From the NCBI RefSeq assembly GCF_006345805.1, contig NC_043006.1:89094001-89158000 (forward strand): a stretch of 64,000 nucleotides of DNA, read 5' to 3'. Below, piece by piece: positions 51,779 to 64,000 of the stretch. The DNA is from Octopus sinensis (taxonomy: Eukaryota). The first letter of the stretch is position 1. Each line of letters starts with the position of its first letter. The notes beneath the pieces are model-generated. The model was not told the DNA's origin. It ran no database searches and saw only the letters and a program-made list of their open reading frames with translations. A program made the position numbers and the translations under genes.

Positions 51779-54700
51779 TCAAGCTGGGTTTCTGACACCC
51801 ACCTTTTTTTCCACTTCCTTCCATCTTTTCTCATACACACCCCGCGGTAAGATCCTCTTTTCCAGCCCCATTTTGCTCTTCAGGTGATATCTGAAGTAAG
51901 TGAGCAAGCCGGGGCCGGAGACAAAGGATCCTATCGCGGCTCCTTCCATTCTCGTTCTCCACATGCATTCTTTTACTACTGCAACCGTGCAGTGAAAACA
52001 TGCCTCACCTTCCTTCGAGAGTCCAGTTGGCGGTATCATCTTAATCATAGACTCAGCCGACAGCTGTACTCGTCCCAGATGCGATAACACGTGTTCTGCG
52101 TAACTTATCAAGTCGGACAACTTCCGACAGTGAACAAAAGCGTGCTGGACGGTTTCATCGTCCAACTCGCACCTTGGACACGTCGGTGGCACTGAAACTC
52201 CGTGCCGTGATAACTTCTCGCGAACAGGTAAAGCATTCCTATAACACTGCCAGGCCAGGGATCTTTGGAAATTATCCAAATACCCCGACCTGAAGTTTTT
52301 TTAAACAGGTTGGCAAGCTGGTCTTCATCAAACCCCAGAGCCCCTCCTAGGACGTCGTCGTTTTTTGCCTCTACCAGCCCTCTATAAAATACCGAGGTGG
52401 TATTTCCGCAGCCGGCCTTGCCCGCCTTGTGGATCAGCGTGAGTGCCTGTCGGCACTCCTTTTGCCATGGAGTCAGTTTCCATCTTTTGATGTAACCGGG
52501 TTTAAAATTCACTAAGGAGGCCGGTCTCGGGAAAAATCCCCCTGCCAGCGGACTCCACACCTTATCACCTTCCAGGTGGTGCCAGAGATGCCTTAGCCTC
52601 AACGCATGTCTGCGCATCATCAACCAAGGCATTCCTAGCCCACCCTTTAACGGTTCCTGGCAGCAAACGGAGCGCCTCACAAGTGGCCATCCTCCTTTCC
52701 ACAAAAAGCGGAAAAGGATTCGCTCCAACTTGGTAAGCCTTGAATCGGGGCAAGGGACAACGGTCAGGCGGTAGGTGATTACCGATGCAATGAACATCTG
52801 CACCACCTCCGCCCTTCCTTTCAAGGACAGAAACCTTCCGGACCAGGTCCGTACTATGGCTTCCACCTTGCTTGTCACCTCACTCCAGTTCTTCTCCGTT
52901 TGGGAGTCTGGCCCAAACCAAACTCCCAGCAACTTAACAGGGCCATCCGTCCAGTGTCCCACGACACTGGACGATATCGACTTGCTCCTCCAGGTGCCGA
53001 GGCGCAAGCCAACCGATTTGTCCTTGTTAACCTTTGCTCCTGCCACCGCCTCGTATCCTCTGATAGCCCCCTCTACACAAGGTAGTTGGGCCTCTTTGGA
53101 CACGATGAGGGTGACGTCATCCGCATAAGCAGTAACCGTCCTCCCACCTCCGATTTCATCCGGGTTACTCCCCAGCCTCTCCAGCTTTCGCAGCAATGGC
53201 TCAAGAGCCAATACGTACAAAAGTGGTGACAAGGGGCACCCCTGACGCACTGAACACTCGATCGAAAACGGTTCCGTTAGGTAACCGTTTATCTGGACGG
53301 TGGACTTGATGCCGCTATACATAGCGGAGATCCACCCGCGAAATCCAGGGCCCAGCCCAGCCGCTTCGAGGACCGCCGCCAGGTACCCATGGTCTACCCT
53401 ATCGAAGGCTTTACTTTGGTCTAAATGGACCATTACACCGCCTTTGCCGGCTAATTTACCCACCCTATCTAAGGTGTAACGTATAAGGTGAAGGTTGTCC
53501 TGGATCGACCTGCCTGGAATTGCACATGTCTGTGCTCTCCCTACAAGTTTCTCCACGACAACCGTCAACCTTTTTGCTAACACCTTGGCCAAAATCTTTA
53601 ACTCTACATTAAGTAGAGTTATGGGCCTGTAGTTACTGATGTTATCCCCCTTGCTCGGGTCTTTCTGGATTAGCGTCACCACTCCCCGGCTTACAGAACT
53701 GGGAATTCTCCCATTCTGCTGCCAGTTCGTGTAGACGCCCGCCAGTATTCCCCCGAACAAGTCCGGCATACTTTGGTAAAACTCGTAGGGCAGACCATCC
53801 AACCCCGGCGACTTCTCCCCGGCGCATCCGGCCAGTATGTCCTTTATCTCCGCGGGAGTGATCGCTCCTTCACAGCACTCCACCTCACGCCCCGCGAGCC
53901 GCGGTCCGCCGGCCAGGATGTCCTTTAAGGCTCTCCCCCGATCCAGCGAACCACCACCCCCGAACACGCGAGCGAAATGCTGGTGAAGAAACTTTTGCAT
54001 CTCCTCCTGTCCATAGATCTTTTGTCCCTGTTCGTCAGTCAAAGATTTGATTGAGGCTCTGTTGCCTCTCTGACTCTCCACACGACGGGCCCATCCGGCC
54101 ACGTTAATACCTTCTCGTTTCCCAGCGCGTAGCTTAGCTCTGACTCTGCAACCTTCGTGTTTGGAGTTAAGGTGACGGTACAATACCGTCCTTGCCGCCA
54201 TCACTCCAGATGCAGAGCCAGCTTCCATTGCCTCGTCTAGATTCTTAACTAAATCGCCCTCTAGACTAGCCCTATCTATCCTTAGCTGATTGCTAAATCT
54301 AACGGACTCTGAACGAATGGCTCTTTTGAGGGCGTGCCACCATCTATTGTTAATGATGGTGCCACACAATGCCCTCTGAACTAACACCTTAATCCGGGTA
54401 CGGAAGTCTTCACAATTCAAAATAGCCTTGTTCAGCTTCCAGTACCCGGGTCCCTGTCTATGACACTTGTCTAATTGCATCCCACACGTCACAAATTTGT
54501 GATCCGAGTAAGGTACAAAATGAAATTGTGGACAACTAAACGTATCCTTATCTCTTTTCTTAATAAATATCCTATCTAGATACGATCTGTGTGAGCCGTC
54601 GTTGTTACTCCACGTCCACTGTGGAACGCTCGGCTCATCCAGTCGGTAACGGTCCACTAGATCAAAGCTCTCTAGTAGACCCCTGAGGCTAGGATTCCCC

Positions 54701-55167
54701 TTCCTATTGGTTGAGCCAACACTGTCGATCCGCGCTTCAAGGACAGTGTTAAAGTCCCCTACTAGGATTACTGTTTTCGACGTCGCTAAAAAGGGCTCCA
54801 GGTTCCGAAAAAAACCCGTCTGTTTACCCTCGTTCGGGGCGTAGACAGCTACCAACCTGAAGGACTGTTTACTTACGTGAGTTACATCCAGGACAACCAG
54901 CCTGCCTTCTGGGTCCAGAAAGACAGTACTTACCTGCAAGTCCAAGCTCTTCCTGATAAAGACTGCCACGCCTCTGCCTCTTCCTCGGCTAGGAGAAATA
55001 AATTTCTCGAAACCATTTAGAAGAGGCGAGAACGCTTGGGTCTCGCTCATCTTGGACTCGGTTGCGATAGCTATATCTATACCATGTGTCGTGAGGTCGT
55101 TCAGGAAACAAATTTGTTTCCGTTTCGACCCCATTCCACATACATTTATACAACCCAGCTTAGCCAT
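51779..55167 (-). CDS. ORF2 (APE endonuclease, RT and C-terminal CCHC-type finger) of LINE copy 2; one frameshift at about 52292-52302
   Basis: INVCG, VYAPN, GDFN, YLDRIF, SDHK, GYWKLN, SPGLDGLPYEFY, NYRPITLLN, LDQSKAFDRVDH, RQGCPLSPLLY, AYADDV, GGLG; CPRCELDDETVQHAFVHC lies in the second frame. Confidence 0.88.
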
Positions 55168-55194
55168 TGTAGGTGAGAGAGAAAAATAATGTAC

Positions 55195-56631
55195 TCACGG
55201 TTGGGAGAGGGAGCATGACAGTTTGAATCTGCCTGCTTCCCCTTCTTCCTCCCTTGTAGTTGCTGCTGCAGGGCTCTTGACCGGCGTTGCCACTGGGCTC
55301 TGGGTGGGTGTGGTTGCCGGGGTTATTATCAGTTTGCCCTCCATTACCTCCTTGGTCACATCTCTTATCAGTCGGTTCCTCAGATGTTCCTGAAAAACCT
55401 CCTCCTTCCACTCGTCCTCCCCTACCTTCGCAAAGCGAGCGGTTGCTTTCCCATCTGAGGTTCTACTATACAATATAAATCTCGAAAGTTTGCAACACTT
55501 ATAAACTTTTTCGTTTTTCTCGTCGAAAGCTATGATCCTCTCGTTCTTATGCAAACACTTTTTAATGTCTTGTTTTATGGGGAGGGGCTTGGCAAACTGT
55601 TTTCCAATGAAAACAGTGCCATGGGGGTAGGGTTGGGGGATTTGCTTGGTGTGTGTGTCTGCTGTGTTTGCTGTTTTTTTCTTTGTTTGGGGAGGGGAGT
55701 CCTGGGTATTATCTTTTTTTCTTTTATGAGTGACTTGTGTGTAGTCCATTGGTTCTGTATGGTCCGCTTTTGTTTCCGTACTTGTCTTTGTCTTTTTGTT
55801 GTCTTTTCCTGTTTCCTCCCCTTCAGTGTTAGGGGCACTTGGAGGAGGCGCTTCTTCTGTTTTTTTCTTTTTAATACAATTGGATCGGACGTGACCCTTC
55901 TCTCCACACTTGAAGCATCTGGGTCTACGTCCCTCTACCGAGACTCTCATGGACGTACCGTCCTCATTGAAGATTCTGTCGGGCAGGTTTTCTAAGATTT
56001 TGTTCTCTGCCTGCACGAGGAGTTCCAGAGTCTGACCCTTCCACCGCACTACCTCTTCCCTTCTCATCTGCAGTATTGATATCTCTCGTTCAATGTTGTG
56101 CAGGACCGCCGCTGCTACCCACATGATGTCGTACCCTCTGGGTATGTCTTCTACTAGTAACTTCGCTGTGCGCTTCCCCATGTACGAGGGTAGCAGCATG
56201 ATGTCGTCGTTTTTTAGGGTCAACGACGACACCTCTCTCGCTACCTCGGCTGTGTCGAAATGTGCCTCGACTGTAGCACTGCGTGCACCTCTAACGATAT
56301 GACGAATTTTGTCCCAGACCGGGGACAGGCACTTTTCTACCATCTCGTTCTTTACATCCATAATCTTCTTTTCTTTGAAGCTGTATACCTTGTAGATTAC
56401 TATTCTTTCTTTAATCTCTTGTACTTTTGCCTGCGGCGGTACAAGCCTTATCTCGCCTCCTTCCACTTTTACCAGGTTCCTGAATTCGTATAGCTGTTCG
56501 ATTTTAAACTCGACATCCATCATGGCGCCGCCTACCGCGGCCGAAAATGACTGTTTGGGTACTTGTTTTTCCATATTTTCACTTTTTCCCATCACGGGAA
56601 AATCCTTCTTCGACGTCAAGTCGAAATCCAT
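55195..56631 (-). CDS. ORF1 (gag-like, 478 aa from ATG) of LINE copy 2
   Basis: Open frame with the CCHC knuckle; highly similar to copy 1 ORF1. Confidence 0.9.
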   Translation of the reverse strand: MDFDLTSKKDFPVMGKSENMEKQVPKQSFSAAVGGAMMDVEFKIEQLYEFRNLVKVEGGEIRLVPPQAKVQEIKERIVIYKVYSFKEKKIMDVKNEMVEKCLSPVWDKIRHIVRGARSATVEAHFDTAEVAREVSSLTLKNDDIMLLPSYMGKRTAKLLVEDIPRGYDIMWVAAAVLHNIEREISILQMRREEVVRWKGQTLELLVQAENKILENLPDRIFNEDGTSMRVSVEGRRPRCFKCGEKGHVRSNCIKKKKTEEAPPPSAPNTEGEETGKDNKKTKTSTETKADHTEPMDYTQVTHKRKKDNTQDSPPQTKKKTANTADTHTKQIPQPYPHGTVFIGKQFAKPLPIKQDIKKCLHKNERIIAFDEKNEKVYKCCKLSRFILYSRTSDGKATARFAKVGEDEWKEEVFQEHLRNRLIRDVTKEVMEGKLIITPATTPTQSPVATPVKSPAAATTREEEGEAGRFKLSCSLSQP

Positions 56632-56920
56632 TACCTCGAAGGTAATAAAACGCAGGTAATACAAAATTTTCTGCCCCGTAGGGCGAAAATTACCGTTTTA
56701 CAACGGGCACTGTTCAAAACAGTTAACACAAACAATAATAGCACAACTCCGAACTCTCTTAAATGAAGGCAGCAATTTTCTCACAACGCAGAGGAAAAAA
56801 GAAAGCAACGCAGACGAAAAAAGAAAGCAATAATAAGGGCGGTCAAGCCTCGTGCGTAGGGTTTTATAGGGGAGGGGGAGCGGAGGTGTGGGTAGAAGCC
56901 TGTGGCAGCGAGTGAAAGTG

Positions 56921-56924
<4 letters not shown>

Positions 56925-56969
<45 letters not shown>

Positions 56970-57092
56970 CAGCGATATATATATATATATATAATATATA
57001 TACATACATATATATATATATATACATACATATATATATACGTTTAAATATTTGTTGTATATATATATATATACACATATAATTCACCAATA

Positions 57093-57125
<33 letters not shown>

Positions 57126-57151
57126 ATATATATATATACATATATATATAC

Positions 57152-57236
<85 letters not shown>

Positions 57237-57374
57237 CATATATATATAATATACATATATATATATATATATACTATATAATATACATATATATACATAT
57301 ATATATATATTATATACATATATATATATACTATACATATATATATATATATATACATATATATATACATATAC

Positions 57375-57421
<47 letters not shown>

Positions 57422-57479
57422 TACATATATATACATATATACATACATATATATATATACATATAATATATATATATAC

Positions 57480-57510
<31 letters not shown>

Positions 57511-57607
57511 CATATATACATATATATACATATATACATATATATACATATATACATATATATTATATATACATATATAACATATATATAACATATATTA
57601 TATATAC

Positions 57608-57654
<47 letters not shown>

Positions 57655-57725
57655 CCTATATATATATAATATATATACATATATATTATATACATATATA
57701 TTATATATACATATATATATAATAC

Positions 57726-57774
<49 letters not shown>

Positions 57775-57840
57775 CATATAATATATATACATATATTATA
57801 TACATATATATATATACATTATATATATATATATTATACA

Positions 57841-57872
<32 letters not shown>

Positions 57873-58160
57873 CATATATATATATACATATATATATATA
57901 CTATATTATATATATACATATATATATACATATACTATATACATATACTATATACATATATATATACATATATATATATAATATATATATACAGCTATAT
58001 ATATATATACTATATACATATATATATACAGCTATATATATACAGCTATATACATATATATATACAGCTATATATATACAGCTATATACATATATATATA
58101 TATATATATACAGCTATATATATATATATACATATATATATACATATATATACACTATAT

Positions 58161-58199
<39 letters not shown>

Positions 58200-58320
58200 T
58201 ACATATATATACATCTATATAATATATATATATCTATATATATATATATATATACATATATATACATCTATATATATATATACATCTATATATATATATA
58301 CATCTATATATATATATATA

Positions 58321-58360
<40 letters not shown>

Positions 58361-58541
58361 TATACATCTATATATCTATATATATATATATATATATACA
58401 TCTATATATATATATATATAATATATTATATATACATCTATATACATCTATATATATAATATATACATATATATACATCTATATATATATATATATATAT
58501 ATATACATCTATATATATATATCTATATATATATATATATC

Positions 58542-58603
<62 letters not shown>

Positions 58604-58682
58604 ATATATATACATATATATACATATATATACATATATTACATATATTACATATATATATACATATATACATATATATACA

Positions 58683-58718
<36 letters not shown>

Positions 58719-58799
58719 CATATATATATATTATACATATATATATATATATTATATATAATATACATATATATATATATATACATATATATATACGTA

Positions 58800-58833
<34 letters not shown>

Positions 58834-58976
58834 CATATATATATACATATATATACATATTATATATATAATATACATATACATATACATATATATATAT
58901 ATAATACATATATATATATTAACATATATATATATATACGTTTAAATATTTGTTGTATATATATATATATATACAC

Positions 58977-59008
<32 letters not shown>

Positions 59009-59061
59009 GTATAGATATATACATATTGGCTAAACTGGCAATATGACCATTCCGAAATATA

Positions 59062-59093
<32 letters not shown>

Positions 59094-59138
59094 CATATAT
59101 ATATATAATATATACATATATACATATATATATATATA
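56925..59138. repeat. Low-complexity (TA)n/(TATACA)n tract of about 2.2 kb
   Basis: Direct inspection. Confidence 0.95.
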
Positions 59139-60342
59139 GAACTAGAAATAGTTGATAGTTTCCGTTACCTAGGTGACCAAGTCAGCAGCGGGGGCGGGTG
59201 TGCTGAAAGTGTAACTGCTAGAGTAAGAATAGCTTGGGCAAAGTTCAGAGAGCTCTTACCTCTGCTGGTGACAAAAGGCCTCTCGCACAGAGTGAAAGGC
59301 AGACTGTATGATGCGTGTGTATGAACAGCCATGCTACATGGCAGTGAAACATGGGCCGTGACTGCTGAGGATATGCGTAAGCTCGCTAGAAATGAAGCCA
59401 GTATGCTCCGATGGATGTGTAATGCCGGTACTCACACTCGGCAGAGTGTAAGTACCTTGAGAGAAAAGCTGGACCTAAGAAGCATCAGTTGTGGTGTGCA
59501 AGAGAGACGTTTGCGCTGGTATGGTCATGTGGCGAGAATGGATGAAGATAGTTGTGTGAAAAAGTGCCACATTCTAGCGGTTGAGGGAACCTGTGGAAGA
59601 GGCAGACCCAGGAAAACCTGGGACGAGGTGGTGAAGCACGACCTTCGAACTTTAGGTCTCACTGAGGAAATGACTAGAGACTGAGACCTCTGGAAGTGTG
59701 CTGTGCGCAAGAAGACCCGGCAGGACAAGTTAGTCCACAACCCGAGGCCTTCTACATGGGATGGAGCCAGCCTACGTATGCATACCTTCCCTTCTTGGGA
59801 CACAAAACTCTACTTGTGAAGACGTGTTGAGGCAAGTGAGGATCAGAATCGAAATCGATCAATGGAAATTGCGGATGTGCTACCAGTGCCGGTGGCATGT
59901 CGAAACTCTGCTTGTGAAGATCCATTGAGGCAAGTGAGGATCAGAATCGAAATCGATCAATGGAAATCGATCAATGGAAATTGCAGATGTGTTACCAGTG
60001 CCGGTGGCATGTAAGAGAACTTTCCGTTTCGCGACCGTTGCCAGCACCGCCCCGTTTCGTGTCCGTTGCCAGCCTCGCCTGGCCCTCGTGCCGGTGGCAC
60101 ATAAAAAACACCATCCGTTCGTGGCTGTTTGCCAGCTCTGTCTGGCACCAGTGCGGGTGGCACGTAAAAAGCACCCACTACACTCACGGAGTGGTTGGCG
60201 TTAGGAAGGGCATCCAGCCGTAGAAACACTGCCAGATTTGACTGGGCCTGATGAAGCCTTCTGGCTTCACAGACCCCAGTAGAACCGTCCAACCCATGCT
60301 AGCATGGAAAACGGACGCTAAATGATGATGATGATGATGATG

Positions 60343-60345
<3 letters not shown>
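59139..60345 (+). mobile_element. 5'-truncated RTE-clade LINE (end of RT, long 3' UTR and (GAT)n tail)
   Basis: VDSFRYLGDQV...ARVRIAWAKFREL...MLHGSETW...RRLRWYGHVARM...GRGRPRKTWDEVV. Ends in ATGATGATG at about 60322-60345. Confidence 0.9.
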
Positions 60346-60396
<51 letters not shown>

Positions 60397-61180
60397 CAAT
60401 AGAAATATTAAAATAACTAAGTCTCTCTAAAAGAGAACAGCGGCAGCGTTCCCGGAAAATAATAGTTATCGCCATACTAATATGGCATTCTTATAAAAAT
60501 AGAAAAAAGCTGTCCGCTTATTAGCTCCATGAGGCCATCGCCTTAAGTTAGCTATTTGATACACAAACTGTATCCATATAACCTTCGAACAAGGGAGGTC
60601 AGTCGCGCCACACTACTTGACCGGCAGCTACAGACGAAACGCGTCTGTAGCTGCCGGTCCAGTAGTGTGGCGCGACTGACCTCCCTTGTTCGAAGGTTAT
60701 ATGGATACAGTTTGTGTATCAAATAGCTACTTAAGGCGATGGCCTCATGGAGCTAATAAGCGGACAGCTTTTTTCTTATTTTTATAAGAATGCCATATTA
60801 GTATGGCGATAACTATTATTTTCCGGGAACGCTGCCGCTGTTCTCTTTTAGAGAGACATAGTTATTTTAATATTTCTATTATTGAAAACAAGTGGATGTA
60901 TTCCACCGAAACTAGGTAAATAAAACCATCGAACAGAGATTGTCGGAAGCGACACCTACTGGCTGGCTACGCTGCATTGAAAAGGGGCAATACTCCGAAA
61001 CGCGTCTGTAGCTGCCGGTCAAGTAGTGTGGCGCGACTGACCTCCCTTGTTCGAAGGTTATATGGATACAGTTTGTGTATCAAATAGCTAACTTAAGGCG
61101 ATGGCCTCATGCAGCTAATAAGCGGACAGCTTTTTTCTTATTTTTATAAGAATGCCATATTAGTATGGCGATAACTATTA
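60397..61180 (+). mobile_element. Fold-back hammerhead element: 240-bp palindrome, 361-nt unit and partial tandem copy (retrozyme- or pLTR-like)
   Basis: 60398-60636 is the reverse complement of 60642-60880. 60635-60820 is directly repeated at 60996-61180. Confidence 0.85.
60971..61012 (+). ncRNA. Minimal type I hammerhead ribozyme with a U3-A8 core variant
   Basis: Stem I GCTGCA/TGTAGC; core TTGAAAA at 60977-60983; stem II GGGG(caata)CTCC; GAAAC; palindromic stem III ACGCGT; GUC cleavage predicted after 61006. Confidence 0.75.
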
Positions 61181-61310
61181 TATATATACATATATATATA
61201 TATACATATATTACATATATATATATATACATTATATATACATATATATATATATAATATATACATATATATATATATAATATATATACATATAATATAT
61301 ATACATATAT

Positions 61311-61380
<70 letters not shown>

Positions 61381-61626
61381 CATATATACATATATATATA
61401 TATACATATATATACATATATATACATATATATACATATACATATATATATATATATACATATATACATATATATATATATATAGATATATATAGATATA
61501 TATATATATATATATACATATATACATTATATATATACATATATACATATATATATATATATACATATATACATATTATATATATATATATCTATACATA
61601 TATATACATATATACATATATATATA

Positions 61627-61687
<61 letters not shown>

Positions 61688-61765
61688 TATATACATATAT
61701 ATATAATATACATATATACATATATATATAGATACATATATACATATATATATATACATATATAC

Positions 61766-61806
<41 letters not shown>

Positions 61807-61837
61807 CATATATACATATATATATATATATACATAT

Positions 61838-61868
<31 letters not shown>

Positions 61869-61880
61869 TACATATATTAC

Positions 61881-61931
<51 letters not shown>

Positions 61932-62107
61932 CATATATACATATATATATACATAATATATATATATATACATATATAATAATACATATATATATATATA
62001 ATATATATATATACATATATATATAATATACATATATATATATATACATATAATTATATATATATATATAACATATATATATATACACATATAATATATA
62101 TATATAC

Positions 62108-62138
<31 letters not shown>

Positions 62139-62156
62139 CATATATTATATATATAC

Positions 62157-62187
<31 letters not shown>

Positions 62188-62802
62188 CATATAATATATA
62201 CACATATATATATATAACATATACACATATATATATAATACATAAATATATATATATATATACAATATATATATATATATACATATATATTATATACATA
62301 TATATATATATACATATAAGGCGGCGAGCTGGCAGAAACCTTAGCGCGCCGGGCGAAATGCTTAGCGGTATTTCGTCTGACGTTACGTTCTGAGTTCAAA
62401 TTCCGCCGTGGCAGACTTTGCCTTTGATCCTTTCGGGGTCGATAAATACAGCACCAGTTTCGCACTGGGGTCGATGTAATCGACTTAATCCATTTGTCTG
62501 TCCTTGTTTGTCTCTTCTATGTTTAGCCCCCTGTGGATAGTAAAGAAATATATATATATACATATTATATATATACATATATTATATATATATACATATA
62601 TACATATACATATATATACAATACATATATATATATATACATATATATATTATATACATATACTATATATACATATATATATATAATACATATATTATAT
62701 ATACATATATATATATATACATATACATATATATATATATACATATAATATATACACATATATATATATACATATTATATATATACATATATATATATAT
62801 AC

Positions 62803-62837
<35 letters not shown>

Positions 62838-63174
62838 ATACATATATATATAATACATATATATATACATATATATTATAATATATAATACATATATATA
62901 TATACATATATTATATATATATACATATATATAACATATATAATATATACATATATATATACATAATATACATATATATATATATAATACATATATATAT
63001 ATAACATATATATATATATACATAATATATATATATATATCATATATACATATATACATATATAGACATATATATATAATATATATTACATATATATATA
63101 TATATCATATATACATATATAAATATATATATATACATATATATATACACATATATATACATACATATATATAC

Positions 63175-63213
<39 letters not shown>

Positions 63214-63214
63214 C

Positions 63215-63245
<31 letters not shown>

Positions 63246-63319
63246 CTAATATATATATACTATATATATATACATATATATATATACATATACATATATA
63301 TATACATATACATATATAT

Positions 63320-63352
<33 letters not shown>

Positions 63353-63407
63353 TATTTTTTTTTTCTTCTTATAATATATATATATATATATAATAATATA
63401 TATATAT
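61181..63407. repeat. (TA)n/(TATACA)n low-complexity tract interrupted by one SINE
   Basis: Direct inspection. Confidence 0.95.
62320..62548 (+). mobile_element. SINE family A monomer
   Basis: GGCGGCGAGCTGGCAGAAACCTTAGC...GAGTTCAAATTCCGCC...GTAAAGAAATA. Confidence 0.9.
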
Positions 63408-64000
63408 ATGATTTGATTTTCCAGTTTCAGCTAATGAGCTGTGGCCATGCTGGGGCACCGCCATTTGGTTTGCTACACGATTTTACCTCACGGATGCTTT
63501 TTAGCAAACGCCATCTGATGCATGAGAGAGTTCGATGCAGCTGCCCTCATCTGCACCTCCTGCTGTGAAGTTGGTTCATCCGGGACACCTGACAGGAAGA
63601 GATCCAGTCCTACTTTAAAGACATCCGCATGTACACCATGCAGGTCCCTCAGATTCTTCGGGAGGATATTGAAGAGCCATGGGCCTCTGAAGCCCAGGCT
63701 ATCACAATATCTTGTCCTACATTTTGATGCCAAATTTGGAGTCCTTGGTACTACGCAGTGGCGTCCGGTTCTGGCATTTGAGTGACTCTCGATGCCAAAG
63801 TCTGGGACAAGACCTTCCAGGATCTTCCAGATATATATTATTGCATATCTTTCTCGCCTACGCTCCAGGGAATAGAGCTTTAATCTCTTGAGTCTTTTCC
63901 AGTAGCTCATATGCTGCACAGAGGCTATCTTCTTCGTGTAGCTTCGTTGGATCGCCTCAAGTTCTGTGATCAACTTGACACTGGATGGTGACCATAGCTG
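63408..64000 (-). mobile_element. 3' end of a CR1-clade LINE, related to 5990-8478; continues beyond the right edge
   Basis: ELEAIQRSYTKKI...YWKRLKRLKLYSLERRRERYAIIYIWKILEGLVP...FNILPKNLRDL (ORF 63488-63973), followed by a short 3' UTR. Confidence 0.9.

Larger units (their letters stand above)
51524..56822 (-). mobile_element. Full-length Tx1/L1-type LINE, copy 2 (about 5.3 kb), nearly intact
   Basis: Intact ORF1 and an ORF2 with a single 1-bp deletion. Its 3' end (AATAAAGAAATA|CCT) and 5' junction match copy 1. Confidence 0.95.

Noticed and set aside
45181-56822. The two LINE copies as an assembly-duplicated segment
   Set aside because: They differ by many substitutions, in-frame indels, distinct disabling mutations and different 3' junctions.
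57035-58960. Short non-microsatellite islands repeated inside the TA tract (CGTTTAAATATTTGTTG at about 57041 and 58939; CAGCTA and CATCTA runs)
   Set aside because: They are consistent with slippage or unequal exchange in a minisatellite-like tract, and base accuracy in such regions is doubtful.
56698-63333. Dozens of Y/I/M/C-rich ORFs (also at 5.5, 9.5, 11, 24, 30 and 35 kb)
   Set aside because: (TA)n and (TATACA)n tracts lack stop codons; these are not genes.

Overview
This is a eukaryotic, AT-rich, microsatellite-saturated intergenic or intronic window. The SINE families and repeat landscape suggest a cephalopod such as Octopus (inference). I found no host protein-coding gene, rRNA, bona fide tRNA or CRISPR array, and most ORFs in the supplied track are translations of microsatellites. 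Almost all identifiable sequence is transposon-derived: R4/Dong-, CR1-, RTE- and Tx1/L1-type LINEs, Penelope-like elements (PLEs), three tRNA-derived SINE families, and mariner, hAT, Chapaev3-like and Helitron DNA elements and MITEs. There is a 100-N gap at 41128-41227. Two things stand out. (1) Four sequence-unrelated elements (about 3-5.3 kb, 9.8-10.6 kb, 24.3-25.7 kb and 60.4-61.2 kb) share a fold-back architecture and each carries a minimal type I hammerhead ribozyme with a tiny, mostly palindromic stem III. One is a 361-nt retrozyme-like unit with a U3-A8 core covariant whose inversion point lies at the predicted cleavage site; another is an RT-less PLE with an open GIY-YIG ORF. (2) Two young, full-length Tx1-like LINEs sit inside a 647-bp tandem repeat, share an identical 5' junction, and lie about 40 bp downstream of a TATA-like box. 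All assignments come from manual motif recognition; no database search or folding program was run.
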